IMG/VR virus record: IMGVR_UViG_3300045988_183585
Location: 1-64,000 of that record
Length of the DNA: 64,000 nucleotides
Source: a virus
Strand: one strand, 5' to 3'
In this document: piece by piece, positions 1-9,125 of the stretch
Layout of the letters: the number at the start of each line of letters is the position of its first letter
How positions within the stretch are numbered: the first letter of the stretch is position 1
Notes under the pieces: model-generated
The model's database searches: none
The model's input: only the letters and a program-made list of their open reading frames with translations
Told to the model about the DNA's origin: nothing
Translations under genes and position numbers: made by a program

Positions 1-3000
1 GGAATGGTTCAGTGTGGACAGCAACTAAGTATGATTCAAACAGGGTTCTGCCGAACTTTGATGACTTCACGTTCAGCCTGCCGGGAGTTACTACCATTCA
101 AAGCGGCTATAATTTGACAATCAATGCTACAGCCGAGGCTGCTAAGAGTATGCTAAACGGTATTGCGTCGTATGCTTCTGAGGGCAATGTGATTGACCCC
201 GATAGCGTCAACGCCTATGTTCTTGTCGCTGGCGGAGACAAGCAGGACTGCGTTGCTCTGAATGGTTGGCCTGACCCTGTTACGGCTTACGTCAGAGCAA
301 AGGTCACGAAGACCACCGGCGACCTGACCATTGCCAAGACCTCTGAGGATGGCAAGGTCAGTGGCGTGAGCTTCACCGTGACCGGTCCCAACGGTTTCAA
401 TAAAACCGTGACGACTGCTGCCAACGGCAAAATCACCATTGCTGACCTGCAGCCCGGTACGTACACCGTGACAGAGAAGATGTCGGATAACTACATTCCG
501 ACGACGTCTCAGACCGTGACCATCGCAATCGGAGACGTCAAGACAGTGAGCTTCAACAACGTTCTGAAGAAGGGCACTGTCAAGATTACAAAGATGTCTG
601 AGGATGGTCAGGTTGCCGGTCATACCTTCCGGCTGTCCGGCACTTCCGCCGCCGGTACGTCCGTGAACATGACCGCTACTACCGATGCGAACGGCGTTGC
701 CACTTTCAACAACGTTCCCATTGGTAAGAACTACAAACTTGAGGAAATCAATACCGCTGCAAAGTATGTGGTTCCTGAAGTTCAGGCTGGTGTTGTCGTT
801 GAGTACAACGCCGCCACTGAAGCCAAGTTCGAGAATAAGCTGGCTCGCGGTAATCTGAAAATCACGAAGACTTCCGAGGATGGCTTCGTGTCCGGTATGA
901 CTTTCCGCCTGTCCGGTACTTCCATCTCCGGTGCGGCTGTCAACGAGACAGCTACCACCGATGAGAACGGTGTGATTCTGTTCAAGGATATCCTTATCGG
1001 TAACAACTACACCGTGCAGGAAATCAATACCGCTGAGAGATACGTCGTTCCTGCCATTCAGGAGGGTGTGACCATTTCTCTGAACAAGACGACAAGCCTG
1101 CAGTTCGAGAATAAGCTGGCTCGCGGCGCCGTTGAGGTCAAGAAGACCTCTGAGGACGGCAAGACCGCTGGTATCACGTTCCGGCTGTACGGCACGGCCA
1201 TCAATGGTGAGACCGTTGATATGACCGCTGTTACTGACGCAAACGGTATTGCTACTTTCAATAACGTTCTGATTGGCAACAATTACAGCGTTGAAGAAGT
1301 CAACACCGCTGCGAAGTACGTTGTTCCTGAGGTAAAGGCTGGCGTCAAGGTAACGCTGGGCAACACCACTGATGTGGAAGTCTACAACAAGCTCAAGCGC
1401 GGCGACCTGCGCGTGACCAAGACATCCGAGGATGGTTTAGTCGAGGGCATTACTTTCCGTCTGTACGGCACTGCCATTTCCGGCGATGCTGTGGATATGA
1501 CCGCTACCACCAACGCTGACGGCGTTGCCATCTTCAAGGATGTCCTGATTGGCAACAACTACACGCTGGAAGAGGTCGATACCGCTGTGAAGTACGTCAT
1601 CCCCGCTGTTCAGGAAGGTCTTGTGGTCGAGTACCAGAAGACGACCGATACGGCTGTGAGCAACGTACTGAAGAAGTGGAAGGTCACTGTCAAGAAGACC
1701 GACTCCGAGACCGTTGACATTCCTCGCGGCGATGGCGTTTTCGAGGGTGCTGTGTATGGTCTGTATAAGGGCGACGAGCTGGTGAAGGAGTACGTCATCG
1801 GTAAGGACGGCACGTTCACGACCGACGAGTACATCTGCGGCTACGATTACACCATCCGTGAAATCAAGGCTCCTACCGGCTATCAGATTGACGAGACCGT
1901 GTATCCCGTTGGTACTGAGCCTGAGAACTACACCATTGAGCACAACTCTGCTCCTCTGATTACCTCTGTTGAGGTCATCAACCGTGGTACGTTCGCTATC
2001 ACCAAGTTCATCTCCGATGGCACTTCCGGCCCCGCTAAGTTCGAGGGCGGCGCTGAGTTCATCTACTGGCTGCAGTCTGCTGGCTCCTATGAGAACGCCA
2101 AGGAGGACGAGCGTGGTACGCTGACCACCAATGAGCTGGGTTACAGCGGCAAGTCCATCGAGCTGCCTTACGGCACCTATGTGGGGCGTCAGACCAAGGC
2201 CGGCGACAAGGGCGCAGGCCTCGCACCTGAGTTCACCGTTCTGGTTGGCGAAGTTGACCGTGACCATCATGATTTGGCTGTCAACAACGGCCCCATCACT
2301 GCGTATCTGCGCGTTGTGAAGGTCGATGAGCTTGACGGCGAGGTCATTCCTTGGGGCGGCGCGAAGTTCCAGATTTACGACCCTGACGGGAACAAGGTGT
2401 CCCAGAAGGTCACTTACCCCACGGTAACTTATATTGATACATTCGAGACCAATGATGAGGGTTATTTTGTGACCCCGCTGGTTCTGCCTTACGGCGAGAA
2501 CTATCATCTGGTCGAAATCGTACCCCCGAAGGGTTATGAGCTGATGGATACCCCGATTACCTTCAGCGTTACGCCCGATACCATTTCTCTGGATGCCGAG
2601 ACCGGTCTGGTGACTGTGAATATCATCGCCGAGGACGAGGCGGTGACTCCCAAGGTCAAGACTACTGCAACCGACAAGGAAGGCAACAAGGAAATCGTTC
2701 CGTCCACCACCGTCACTATCGTCGATAAGGTGGAATGCACCGACGTTATCCCCAACAAGACCTATACGGTCGAGGGATATCTGGTGGTTAAGTCCACCGG
2801 CGAGCCTCTGCTGGACGCCGAGGGTAATCGCATTACCGCCTCTAAGACCTTCAAGGCTGAGGCCGACTTCACTGGCTTTGTGGAGCTGGAGTTCACCTTT
2901 GATGCGTCTCTGCTGGGTGGCGAGTCCATCGTTGTTTTCGAGGACCTGAAGCGCGGCAACCGTGTCGTTGCTACCCATGCTGACATCAACGATGTTGACC

Positions 3001-4685
3001 AGACCGTTGTAATCCTGAACCCCAAGATTGGCACCACGGCCAAGAACGCTGTTGGCGGCAAGGAGTTCATGCCTCTGGCTGATGTGGTTCTGGTGGATAC
3101 CATCTCCTACGAGAATATGCCCGTGGGTAAGGAGTTCATCGCTATCGGTACGCTGATGGATAAGTCCACCGGCAAGCCCGTTACCGATGCCAACGGCGAC
3201 CCCGTTACCTCTTACAAGGTGTTCACTCCCGAAGCTGCCACTGGTACGGTGGATGTGAAGTTCGTCTTTGACGCTTCCAAGCTGGCCGGCAAGTCTCTGG
3301 TGGTATTCGAGCGTGTGTATCTGGGCAACGAGATTGTTCCCGGCGACTCCAATAAACCCGTGTTTGTGAGTCACGAGGATATCAACGATGAGGGGCAGAC
3401 CGTCACCATCGGCGTTCCCGAAATCGGTACAAAGGCCGTGAACAACGCCACCAACGGCAAGACCCTCGACCCCGAAGCCCGCGCTGAAATCAAGGATACC
3501 GTGTCCTATAAGGGCCTGATTGCTGGCGAGAAGTACACTGTTTCCGGTAAGCTGATGAACAAGGCTACCAACGAGCCCCTGAAGGATAAGGACGGAAAGG
3601 AAATTACCTCCTCCGTTACTTTCACCGCTGAGGCGTCCAATGGCACTGTTGACGTGTTCTTCGTGCTCGATGCATCTCTGCTGCGGGGCCAGTCCATCGT
3701 TGTGTTCGAGTCCCTGCAGTACAAGGACATTGAAATCGCAGTTCACGCCGACATCGACGATGTTGACCAGACTGTGACTGTCAACAGCCCTGAAATCAAG
3801 ACCACCGCTAAGAACGCTGCTGATGGCAAGAAGGAATTCTGGGCCTACAGCAAGGTCGAGCTGGTCGATACCGTGTCCTATAAGGGCCTGATTGCCGGCA
3901 ATAAGTACACCGTAATTGGTAAGCTGATGGACAAGGCGACGGGTGAGCCTATTCTGGGCCGCAACAACAAGGAAATCACCGCCACTACCGAGTTCGAGGC
4001 CAAGTCCTCTGACGGTACTGTGGATGTGAGCTTCGTGTTCGATGCCTCCATTCTGGGTGGCAAGACGCTGGTCGTGTTCGAGACTCTGACCCGCAATGGC
4101 ACTACGGTCGCTACGCACACCGACATCAACGATGTTGACCAGACCGTGACTATCAAGCGCATCCCGACCTATTCCGGTCCGAGCATCTCTACGACTGCCA
4201 CCTTCGACGGCAAGGACAAGAAGAACTCCGTGGCTGGCAAGAACGTGAAAATCGTGGACACCGTCAACTACACCGGCCTGACTGTGGGCAAGACCTACGT
4301 GCTGGTTGGTACGCTGATGGATAAGGATTCCGGTGTTGCCCTCAAGGACAATAAGGGGAATCTGGTAACGGCTACCACGACCTTTACGCCCAAGTCCTCC
4401 AACGGGGCTGTGAATGTTACGTTCAAGTTCGACGCATCCAAGCTGAAGGACCATGCGCTCGTGGTGTTCGAGACTCTGTATGAGGGTCGTGCTGAGGCGG
4501 GTAATGTCATTGCTACCCACAACGACCTGATGGACGGTGCTCAGACTGTGTACTTCCGCGATAGCGTCCAGACCGGCGATGAAGGCATCGGCCTGTGGGC
4601 TATGCTGAGTACGTTCAGTGCCATCGCTTGCTGCGCTACGGCGATGTTCATGTTCCGTCGCAAGAAGGAGCAGTTCGCCGAGTAA
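1..4685 (+). CDS. cell-wall-anchored surface adhesin, 5'-truncated by window edge: Cna-B-type repeats followed by VaFE/TQXA (Thr-Gln ester) repeats; C-terminal hydrophobic anchor plus basic tail
   Basis: Frame open from nt 1. ~92-aa KTSEDG..FTVTG modules repeat ~5x. A second module type carries (L/I)VVFE and INDVDQTV motifs 5x. An RGD motif is present. The tail GLWAMLSTFSAIACCATAMFMFRRKKEQ follows a degenerate sorting motif (SVQTG). Confidence 0.8.
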   Translation, partial: NGSVWTATKYDSNRVLPNFDDFTFSLPGVTTIQSGYNLTINATAEAAKSMLNGIASYASEGNVIDPDSVNAYVLVAGGDKQDCVALNGWPDPVTAYVRAKVTKTTGDLTIAKTSEDGKVSGVSFTVTGPNGFNKTVTTAANGKITIADLQPGTYTVTEKMSDNYIPTTSQTVTIAIGDVKTVSFNNVLKKGTVKITKMSEDGQVAGHTFRLSGTSAAGTSVNMTATTDANGVATFNNVPIGKNYKLEEINTAAKYVVPEVQAGVVVEYNAATEAKFENKLARGNLKITKTSEDGFVSGMTFRLSGTSISGAAVNETATTDENGVILFKDILIGNNYTVQEINTAERYVVPAIQEGVTISLNKTTSLQFENKLARGAVEVKKTSEDGKTAGITFRLYGTAINGETVDMTAVTDANGIATFNNVLIGNNYSVEEVNTAAKYVVPEVKAGVKVTLGNTTDVEVYNKLKRGDLRVTKTSEDGLVEGITFRLYGTAISGDAVDMTATTNADGVAIFKDVLIGNNYTLEEVDTAVKYVIPAVQEGLVVEYQKTTDTAVSNVLKKWKVTVKKTDSETVDIPRGDGVFEGAVYGLYKGDELVKEYVIGKDGTFTTDEYICGYDYTIREIKAPTGYQIDETVYPVGTEPENYTIEHNSAPLITSVEVINRGTFAITKFISDGTSGPAKFEGGAEFIYWLQSAGSYENAKEDERGTLTTNELGYSGKSIELPYGTYVGRQTKAGDKGAGLAPEFTVLVGEVDRDHHDLAVNNGPITAYLRVVKVDELDGEVIPWGGAKFQIYDPDGNKVSQKVTYPTVTYIDTFETNDEGYFVTPLVLPYGENYHLVEIVPPKGYELMDTPITFSVTPDTISLDAETGLVTVNIIAEDEAVTPKVKTTATDKEGNKEIVPSTTVTIVDKVECTDVIPNKTYTVEGYLVVKSTGEPLLDAEGNRITASKTFKAEADFTGFVELEFTFDASLLGGESIVVFEDLKRGNRVVATHADINDVDQTVVILNPKIGTTAKNAVGGKEFMPLADVVLVDTISYENMPVGKEFIAIGTLMDKSTGKPVTDANGDPVTSYKVFTPEAATGTVDVKFVFDASKLAGKSLVVFERVYLGNEIVPGDSNKPVFVSHEDINDEGQTVTIGVPEIGTKAVNNATNGKTLDPEARAEIKDTVSYKGLIAGEKYTVSGKLMNKATNEPLKDKDGKEITSSVTFTAEASNGTVDVFFVLDASLLRGQSIVVFESLQYKDIEIAVHADIDDVDQTVTVNSPEIKTTAKNAADGKKEFWAYSKVELVDTVSYKGLIAGNKYTVIGKLMDKATGEPILGRNNKEITATTEFEAKSSDGTVDVSFVFDASILGGKTLVVFETLTRNGTTVATHTDINDVDQTVTIKRIPTYSGPSISTTATFDGKDKKNSVAGKNVKIVDTVNYTGLTVGKTYVLVGTLMDKDSGVALKDNKGNLVTATTTFTPKSSNGAVNVTFKFDASKLKDHALVVFETLYEGRAEAGNVIATHNDLMDGAQTVYFRDSVQTGDEGIGLWAMLSTFSAIACCATAMFMFRRKKEQFAE
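300..1690 (+). repeat. tandem coding repeats (~276 nt each) encoding Cna-B-type domains of the adhesin
   Basis: The KITKTSEDG..FRLSGT/FRLYGT protein blocks recur, with recurring nucleotide strings (aagacctctgaggatggc, ttccggctgt). Confidence 0.55.
2650..4560 (+). repeat. tandem coding repeats (~370 nt each) encoding VaFE/TQXA ester-bond domains
   Basis: Five modules share TTAKNA..GxKYTVxGxLMDK..FDAS.LxGxxLVVFE..H.DINDVDQTVT. Confidence 0.55.
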
Positions 4686-4721
4686 GCACATCCCCACCTG
4701 AGCAATCACTCAAAGTGAATT

Positions 4722-4758
4722 CAGGGGCGCAGACCTTGTGCCTGCGCCCCTGATTTTG
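4722..4758 (+). terminator. intrinsic terminator after adhesin gene
   Basis: Inverted repeat caggggcgcag / ctgcgcccctg followed by attttg. Confidence 0.6.
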
Positions 4759-4810
4759 CAAAAATAAAAAAGCAGGGGAGCAGACCTCCCCAGAAAGAGA
4801 GAACAGAACT

Positions 4811-5173
4811 ATGGATTTTTCTTTTGGTGTGAACGGAAGTGACGCTATTGTCAACGGCGTTGAGTCTTTTTCCACGGGAACTTTGCTTGCACTGACCGGA
4901 TGGCTTATTGTTTTGGCAATCGTCTTATACCTCGTCCTCTGCGTAGGCGCGGTATTCTCCATTATTGGTCTGGTGCGAGGCATTAAGGCAAACAACAAAA
5001 CTGCCATTATCCTTGGCGGCGTAGGTGCTGGCTGCTGTGTAATTGGAGCCCTTGGTGTGCTCATGCCAATCTTTGCCATCGGAGGATTGGTCTGCGGAAT
5101 TATTTCATTCAAGAAGAGTAAAAACACCACTGAAAAGCCTCAGAAGGAGAGCAAAGAGCATGAAGTATTGTAA
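4811..5173 (+). CDS. small membrane protein (two TM hairpins, DUF4190-like)
   Basis: ORF with hydrophobic segments and an AGGGGAG RBS-like sequence upstream. Confidence 0.5.
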   Translation: MDFSFGVNGSDAIVNGVESFSTGTLLALTGWLIVLAIVLYLVLCVGAVFSIIGLVRGIKANNKTAIILGGVGAGCCVIGALGVLMPIFAIGGLVCGIISFKKSKNTTEKPQKESKEHEVL

Positions 5174-5471
5174 CAACTGAGGCAAGGAAGTTCTGGATAA
5201 TGCCATTATTTGCCCTTTCTGCGGCTGCGCCGTGGCGAGCAAGAATGTTGAGGTGGACACGCCTTCTACCGGCCTGAACATCCTGTCTTTCCTCATCCCT
5301 CTGGTCGGCCTGATTCTGTTCCTGTCATGGCAGAATACCACGCCTATTAAGGCCAAGGCGGTCGGCAAGTGGGCACTGATTGGCTTCTGCGTGGCTGTCG
5401 GTCTGAGCATTATCGGAGCCATCGTATCCGGTGCGCTGCTTTCCAGCGTTGTTGGTGGATGGTACAACTGA
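5160..5471 (+). pseudogene. zinc-ribbon plus membrane-domain protein interrupted by an in-frame TGA at 5178-5180 (MKYCNN*GKEVLDNAIICPFCGC...); the downstream part (5232-5471, GTG start) is still an intact ORF
   Basis: Translating from ATG 5160 gives a CxxC...CPFCG zinc ribbon in which a TGA sits at the first Cys position of the CxxC pair. The reading frame is unchanged. Confidence 0.35.
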
Positions 5472-5532
5472 TACAAGCGAATAAATTTCAGCAGGGGAGA
5501 AGGATAGCTTTCTCTCCTGCTTTCATAAGTAG

Positions 5533-6249
5533 GTGAACTATATGAACGAATACATTGATACAGAAAAAGACTGTGAAGAAAGCGAAAGGCGATTTCGACG
5601 TTTTTTGCTTATTACGGTCGTTGCCATTGGATGTCTACTGTTAATAATACTTTTGCTTTTTGCCGACCGTTACAACTGGTTAGATTTTCTTGCTATCCCT
5701 CTAAAAGATATGGCAAGGTTTGTTCGCCGTAATTTGTCGTATATTGTAATAGGCTTTTTCTGTGCAGCGGCTCTTTTTGCTCTATTTGCTTGCGACATTG
5801 CAAGTACGAAATATGCAAACAAAAAACGTGCAGACATTGAACGCAATGTGTCTGGGAGTATCCCTATACCCCTTAATGATTTTATTTACGACTGGAATTC
5901 GCTCCCATCAAATTACAAAAAGAATGCACTGTATGACCTTTCTCAATACGGTTACAAGTACGTCTATTTATCTGGTATATACGTCATTGCGGAACGTAAT
6001 GATGAGGCACAAAGTCTTGTTCCAATTTTCGTAGGCTCTTCGTTCGTAGGTGCCTGCTGCTCCCGTGCTTATGCACGGCTTTCTGGGTTCACAGACAAAA
6101 CTCCTTATGGTCGTTCACCAGTTGCATCAGACAAGGACATCTATATTATATTCATTCCATGCCAAAAAGAATTCGCATCTGAAGTGAAAGCTGATATTGT
6201 TTCATACCTTGCTGAAGCATACACTCATATTCCGGATAGCGGTAAATAG
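5533..6249 (+). CDS. membrane-anchored hypothetical protein with GIY-(x12)-IFVG motif (possible GIY-YIG-like domain)
   Basis: Two N-terminal TM helices. The C-terminal domain contains LSGIYVIAERNDEAQSLVPIFVGSS. This stretch is lower in GC than its neighbours. Confidence 0.5.
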   Translation: MNYMNEYIDTEKDCEESERRFRRFLLITVVAIGCLLLIILLLFADRYNWLDFLAIPLKDMARFVRRNLSYIVIGFFCAAALFALFACDIASTKYANKKRADIERNVSGSIPIPLNDFIYDWNSLPSNYKKNALYDLSQYGYKYVYLSGIYVIAERNDEAQSLVPIFVGSSFVGACCSRAYARLSGFTDKTPYGRSPVASDKDIYIIFIPCQKEFASEVKADIVSYLAEAYTHIPDSGK

Positions 6250-6279
6250 TTCTGGAAATATGTTCGATTTTGTAGTACA

Positions 6280-7836
6280 ATGGAGATGCGAGAAAATAAA
6301 AGGGGACTATTCACAATGGCAATGGATGCAGATTACACCCTCGTAAAAAAGTGGCGCAACTGGTTCGACCGGAAATACGGCGACGGTTATGGGCCAGCAA
6401 ACCTATTACAGCGGAGGACTATGAATACTGCGGTCGTCACTGTGAGTACACTGCAAAATATTCCTTTTGCTGAGTTATCTTCTTCGCTGTACTTCTTTTG
6501 TAGTGATATAGAGAGCAAGGAGTTCTCTCGTCTGTATGAGTCTCAGGTGGAGTTGGCCGGTGCCAACCCTGACAAGTTCATCAAGGGCCTTCATAGCTTT
6601 TTCAATACCACGGCCAAAAGAATCAAAAACGAATCCGAATACGCCCTGTTCTTTGATTTTCTCATGGCTGCATCTCGCCTTCTTTTTACCGCAAAGGAAG
6701 AAAAGCAATCTAACATCAACATTGATGTGGTGTACTGTTACTTCAGTATCCTCCTTCAGCAGACGGAATACCTGCGTCCAGATAAGTTCGACTTAACCAA
6801 AGTCGTCTGCGGTTTGAAAACGACCGGCGAACTGTTGGTCATGGAAGATACCTACCCCTTCTTGGATAAGCCTGCTTTTGAGTTGGAGCGCCGGCATCTT
6901 GATGGAAAGGTTCATTCTCCTATGGAACTGGACGCCCAAATCAAGGAAATCTATGGTAAATGGGGATATGACTACATCCAAAGCACAGATGATTTGGAAC
7001 TCTATACGCAAGTAGACAGAATTTTTTCCAATCAGATTGCGGGCATGGCTGCGCTCATCAACGAATACACCTTCGACATACTCCCACAACACCGCTTTTC
7101 TGCTATCGCAAATAAGTTCTTTTCTATTGTTGCGCTGCCCGTGATGATGCCTGATGAGATGCATGAGCTGCTGCGGACGAAACGAAGTTCGACGCTTCCT
7201 GCCAACGGCGCAGTTTTTGAATTTGCAAGCGAGAAGGATATCATCCGGAAAGTCTTGCTCAAGGAAACTCTATACGGCGATTCCATCTATATGCTTTACC
7301 GTCTGGACACCTGTGAGGGAGACTTGAGCGGGTACTATGATACTAAGACAGGGTTCTTCTTTTCGGTTTTCCTCGATTCAGAGGACAGAGTCATCTACGG
7401 GAACATAAGGCGGCTCGTTTTAACTCTCTATGCCTGTGCCGTAACACGTAAGGGCCCAGAACTGCTGGCGAGCCTGAGTGAACACATCAAGTACCTGTCC
7501 CTCGACGAAAAGGGTATTCGAAAGTTTGAGGATGTGTCCATAAGCTACTACGGTCGCGGAGGACGCCTCAGGAACGTCTACGACGGCACGGAAGCGACGG
7601 GGAAGGGTGGATATGCCCGCAAGGGCGACGAAGCCTATGAGGAGTCCCCCAGAGCCATTCAGGGCTTTATCCGCAAGGTGGGGGAGGGGAGGACACCCTC
7701 CCGCGAAGCTGTAGAGTATGCGGAGGCGCTTGGCTACTCTCTTGCGCCTGATGAGACTTATGTCCGCCCATTCATCCGGCGTGTTTTGCGTTTGCGGCAG
7801 AAGCCTGATAGAGAGGATACGATAACAATAAAATGA
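6280..7836 (+). CDS. hypothetical protein
   Basis: 518-aa ORF with no recognisable motifs; RBS and stop codon look normal. Confidence 0.55.
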   Translation: MEMRENKRGLFTMAMDADYTLVKKWRNWFDRKYGDGYGPANLLQRRTMNTAVVTVSTLQNIPFAELSSSLYFFCSDIESKEFSRLYESQVELAGANPDKFIKGLHSFFNTTAKRIKNESEYALFFDFLMAASRLLFTAKEEKQSNINIDVVYCYFSILLQQTEYLRPDKFDLTKVVCGLKTTGELLVMEDTYPFLDKPAFELERRHLDGKVHSPMELDAQIKEIYGKWGYDYIQSTDDLELYTQVDRIFSNQIAGMAALINEYTFDILPQHRFSAIANKFFSIVALPVMMPDEMHELLRTKRSSTLPANGAVFEFASEKDIIRKVLLKETLYGDSIYMLYRLDTCEGDLSGYYDTKTGFFFSVFLDSEDRVIYGNIRRLVLTLYACAVTRKGPELLASLSEHIKYLSLDEKGIRKFEDVSISYYGRGGRLRNVYDGTEATGKGGYARKGDEAYEESPRAIQGFIRKVGEGRTPSREAVEYAEALGYSLAPDETYVRPFIRRVLRLRQKPDREDTITIK

Positions 7837-7842
7837 AACAAG

Positions 7843-7880
7843 GAGAGCAATCCGGTCGGGTTGCTCTCCTTTATTTTGAA
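7843..7880 (+). terminator. intrinsic terminator
   Basis: ggagagcaa..ttgctctcc hairpin followed by a T-run. Confidence 0.5.
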
Positions 7881-7930
7881 AACAATGTATTCATATAATA
7901 TATCACATTATTAAGTTGTTAAAAAAAAGG

Positions 7931-8515
7931 TCAATCGTCTTTTTCGTATACGATTACACCGATACTTGAGATATCCTGAGCGAAGTTCGCGTATTCGTTC
8001 TGGATGTACGTTTCAGCCTTCTGGCGAGACCAGTTGAACTCGTTGCAGACATCCGTCACAAAGTCAGCACGATTGAGGTAAATCCGGCTAATCGGAGTGA
8101 CGACGAGATTCTTGCGGCGAAAATCCCACATAAGCAGGATTTCTCTTGCGGAGAAGGGCCGCCCAATCCCTTCCTCCTCAGGTGTGAGTTTATGCTTTGA
8201 GCTCACGCCATAAATCTCTTGGTTCTTGGTTAGTGTCTTTAACCGGAGTTCAATCATATCAAGAAGACGTTTGACTTCTTCGGGGTCTTCATCGGTGGAA
8301 AACTCAATCACGGACAGGCCAATGTCCATGAGGGAAAGAGAGTCTTTCACGGATGCTTTGATTGACTCGCGTACAGCCGGCTCGTCCGACCCAGTAAATT
8401 TAGCGAGGTCATCGACGAGCGCATCGTGGGGTGCATCGCTTGAATGTTTTCCGTTGTTTGCTTGGTGTCGCGGGGTTCCATGTCCGTTGTTCATACTGCT
8501 GTTATTCTGCGCCAT
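7931..8515 (-). CDS. hypothetical protein
   Basis: The ORF-track first M is TTG immediately after GGAGGAGG. The likely start is the ATG of MAQNN at 8515, with the RBS 11 nt upstream. Confidence 0.5.
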   Translation of the reverse strand: MAQNNSSMNNGHGTPRHQANNGKHSSDAPHDALVDDLAKFTGSDEPAVRESIKASVKDSLSLMDIGLSVIEFSTDEDPEEVKRLLDMIELRLKTLTKNQEIYGVSSKHKLTPEEEGIGRPFSAREILLMWDFRRKNLVVTPISRIYLNRADFVTDVCNEFNWSRQKAETYIQNEYANFAQDISSIGVIVYEKDD

Positions 8516-9052
8516 CTTAATTCCAACCTCCTCCTGCAATTCATGTGTCAGCGCGTTTGTTCCTCTCTACCCAATACCGATGCCACACATTTGAAATGCG
8601 GACATTCGAACTCCAAATCTGTCTGCTGGAAGATTTGGTGAAATATTAAAAACAGTGCTGGTACGGCCTTGTTTTCTCTGCCGCAAAAAGAATCCGTTCA
8701 GTGTCTCGGTGCATCTGCGGCAGGAAAAGCGGCCTGCCAACACTGTTTTTTGTTCTCGCACACTATACCACAATGCAATAATAATGTCAAGCCTTTACGC
8801 ACAAAAATGTTGTGAAATTCAACAATTACGCCTTGTCGTTTTGACGAATAAACGTGAGATTTTATTGTGCAGAATGACGTTAAATTGTGCGGGCCCCCGT
8901 CATTTCAAGCCGCTTTTTCCTCCACTTTTCCCCACTTTTTTACTAATTTTGCTACAAAAAAATATTTTTCATTTTCGGCTGCTCGTACCTTTGTTTTGTC
9001 TTGTGTGTTGTTTTTCCTTACCCACTATATATTGATATGCCGTCTCAATAAC

Positions 9053-9081
9053 TTGACATTTTTTTACACTCATGCTAATAT
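9053..9081 (+). promoter_or_regulatory. sigma-A-type promoter upstream of topoisomerase III
   Basis: TTGACA - 17 nt - TAATAT within a ~590-bp AT-rich non-coding stretch. Confidence 0.5.
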
Positions 9082-9125
9082 AGAGTTACAGATAGCGATA
9101 GAAGGCGAAAAAAGTCGTCACATTT

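Noticed and set aside
1437-4709. 1090-aa minus-strand ORF
   Set aside because: Antisense shadow ORF inside the repetitive high-GC adhesin gene. No RBS. The sense strand has clear domain repeats.
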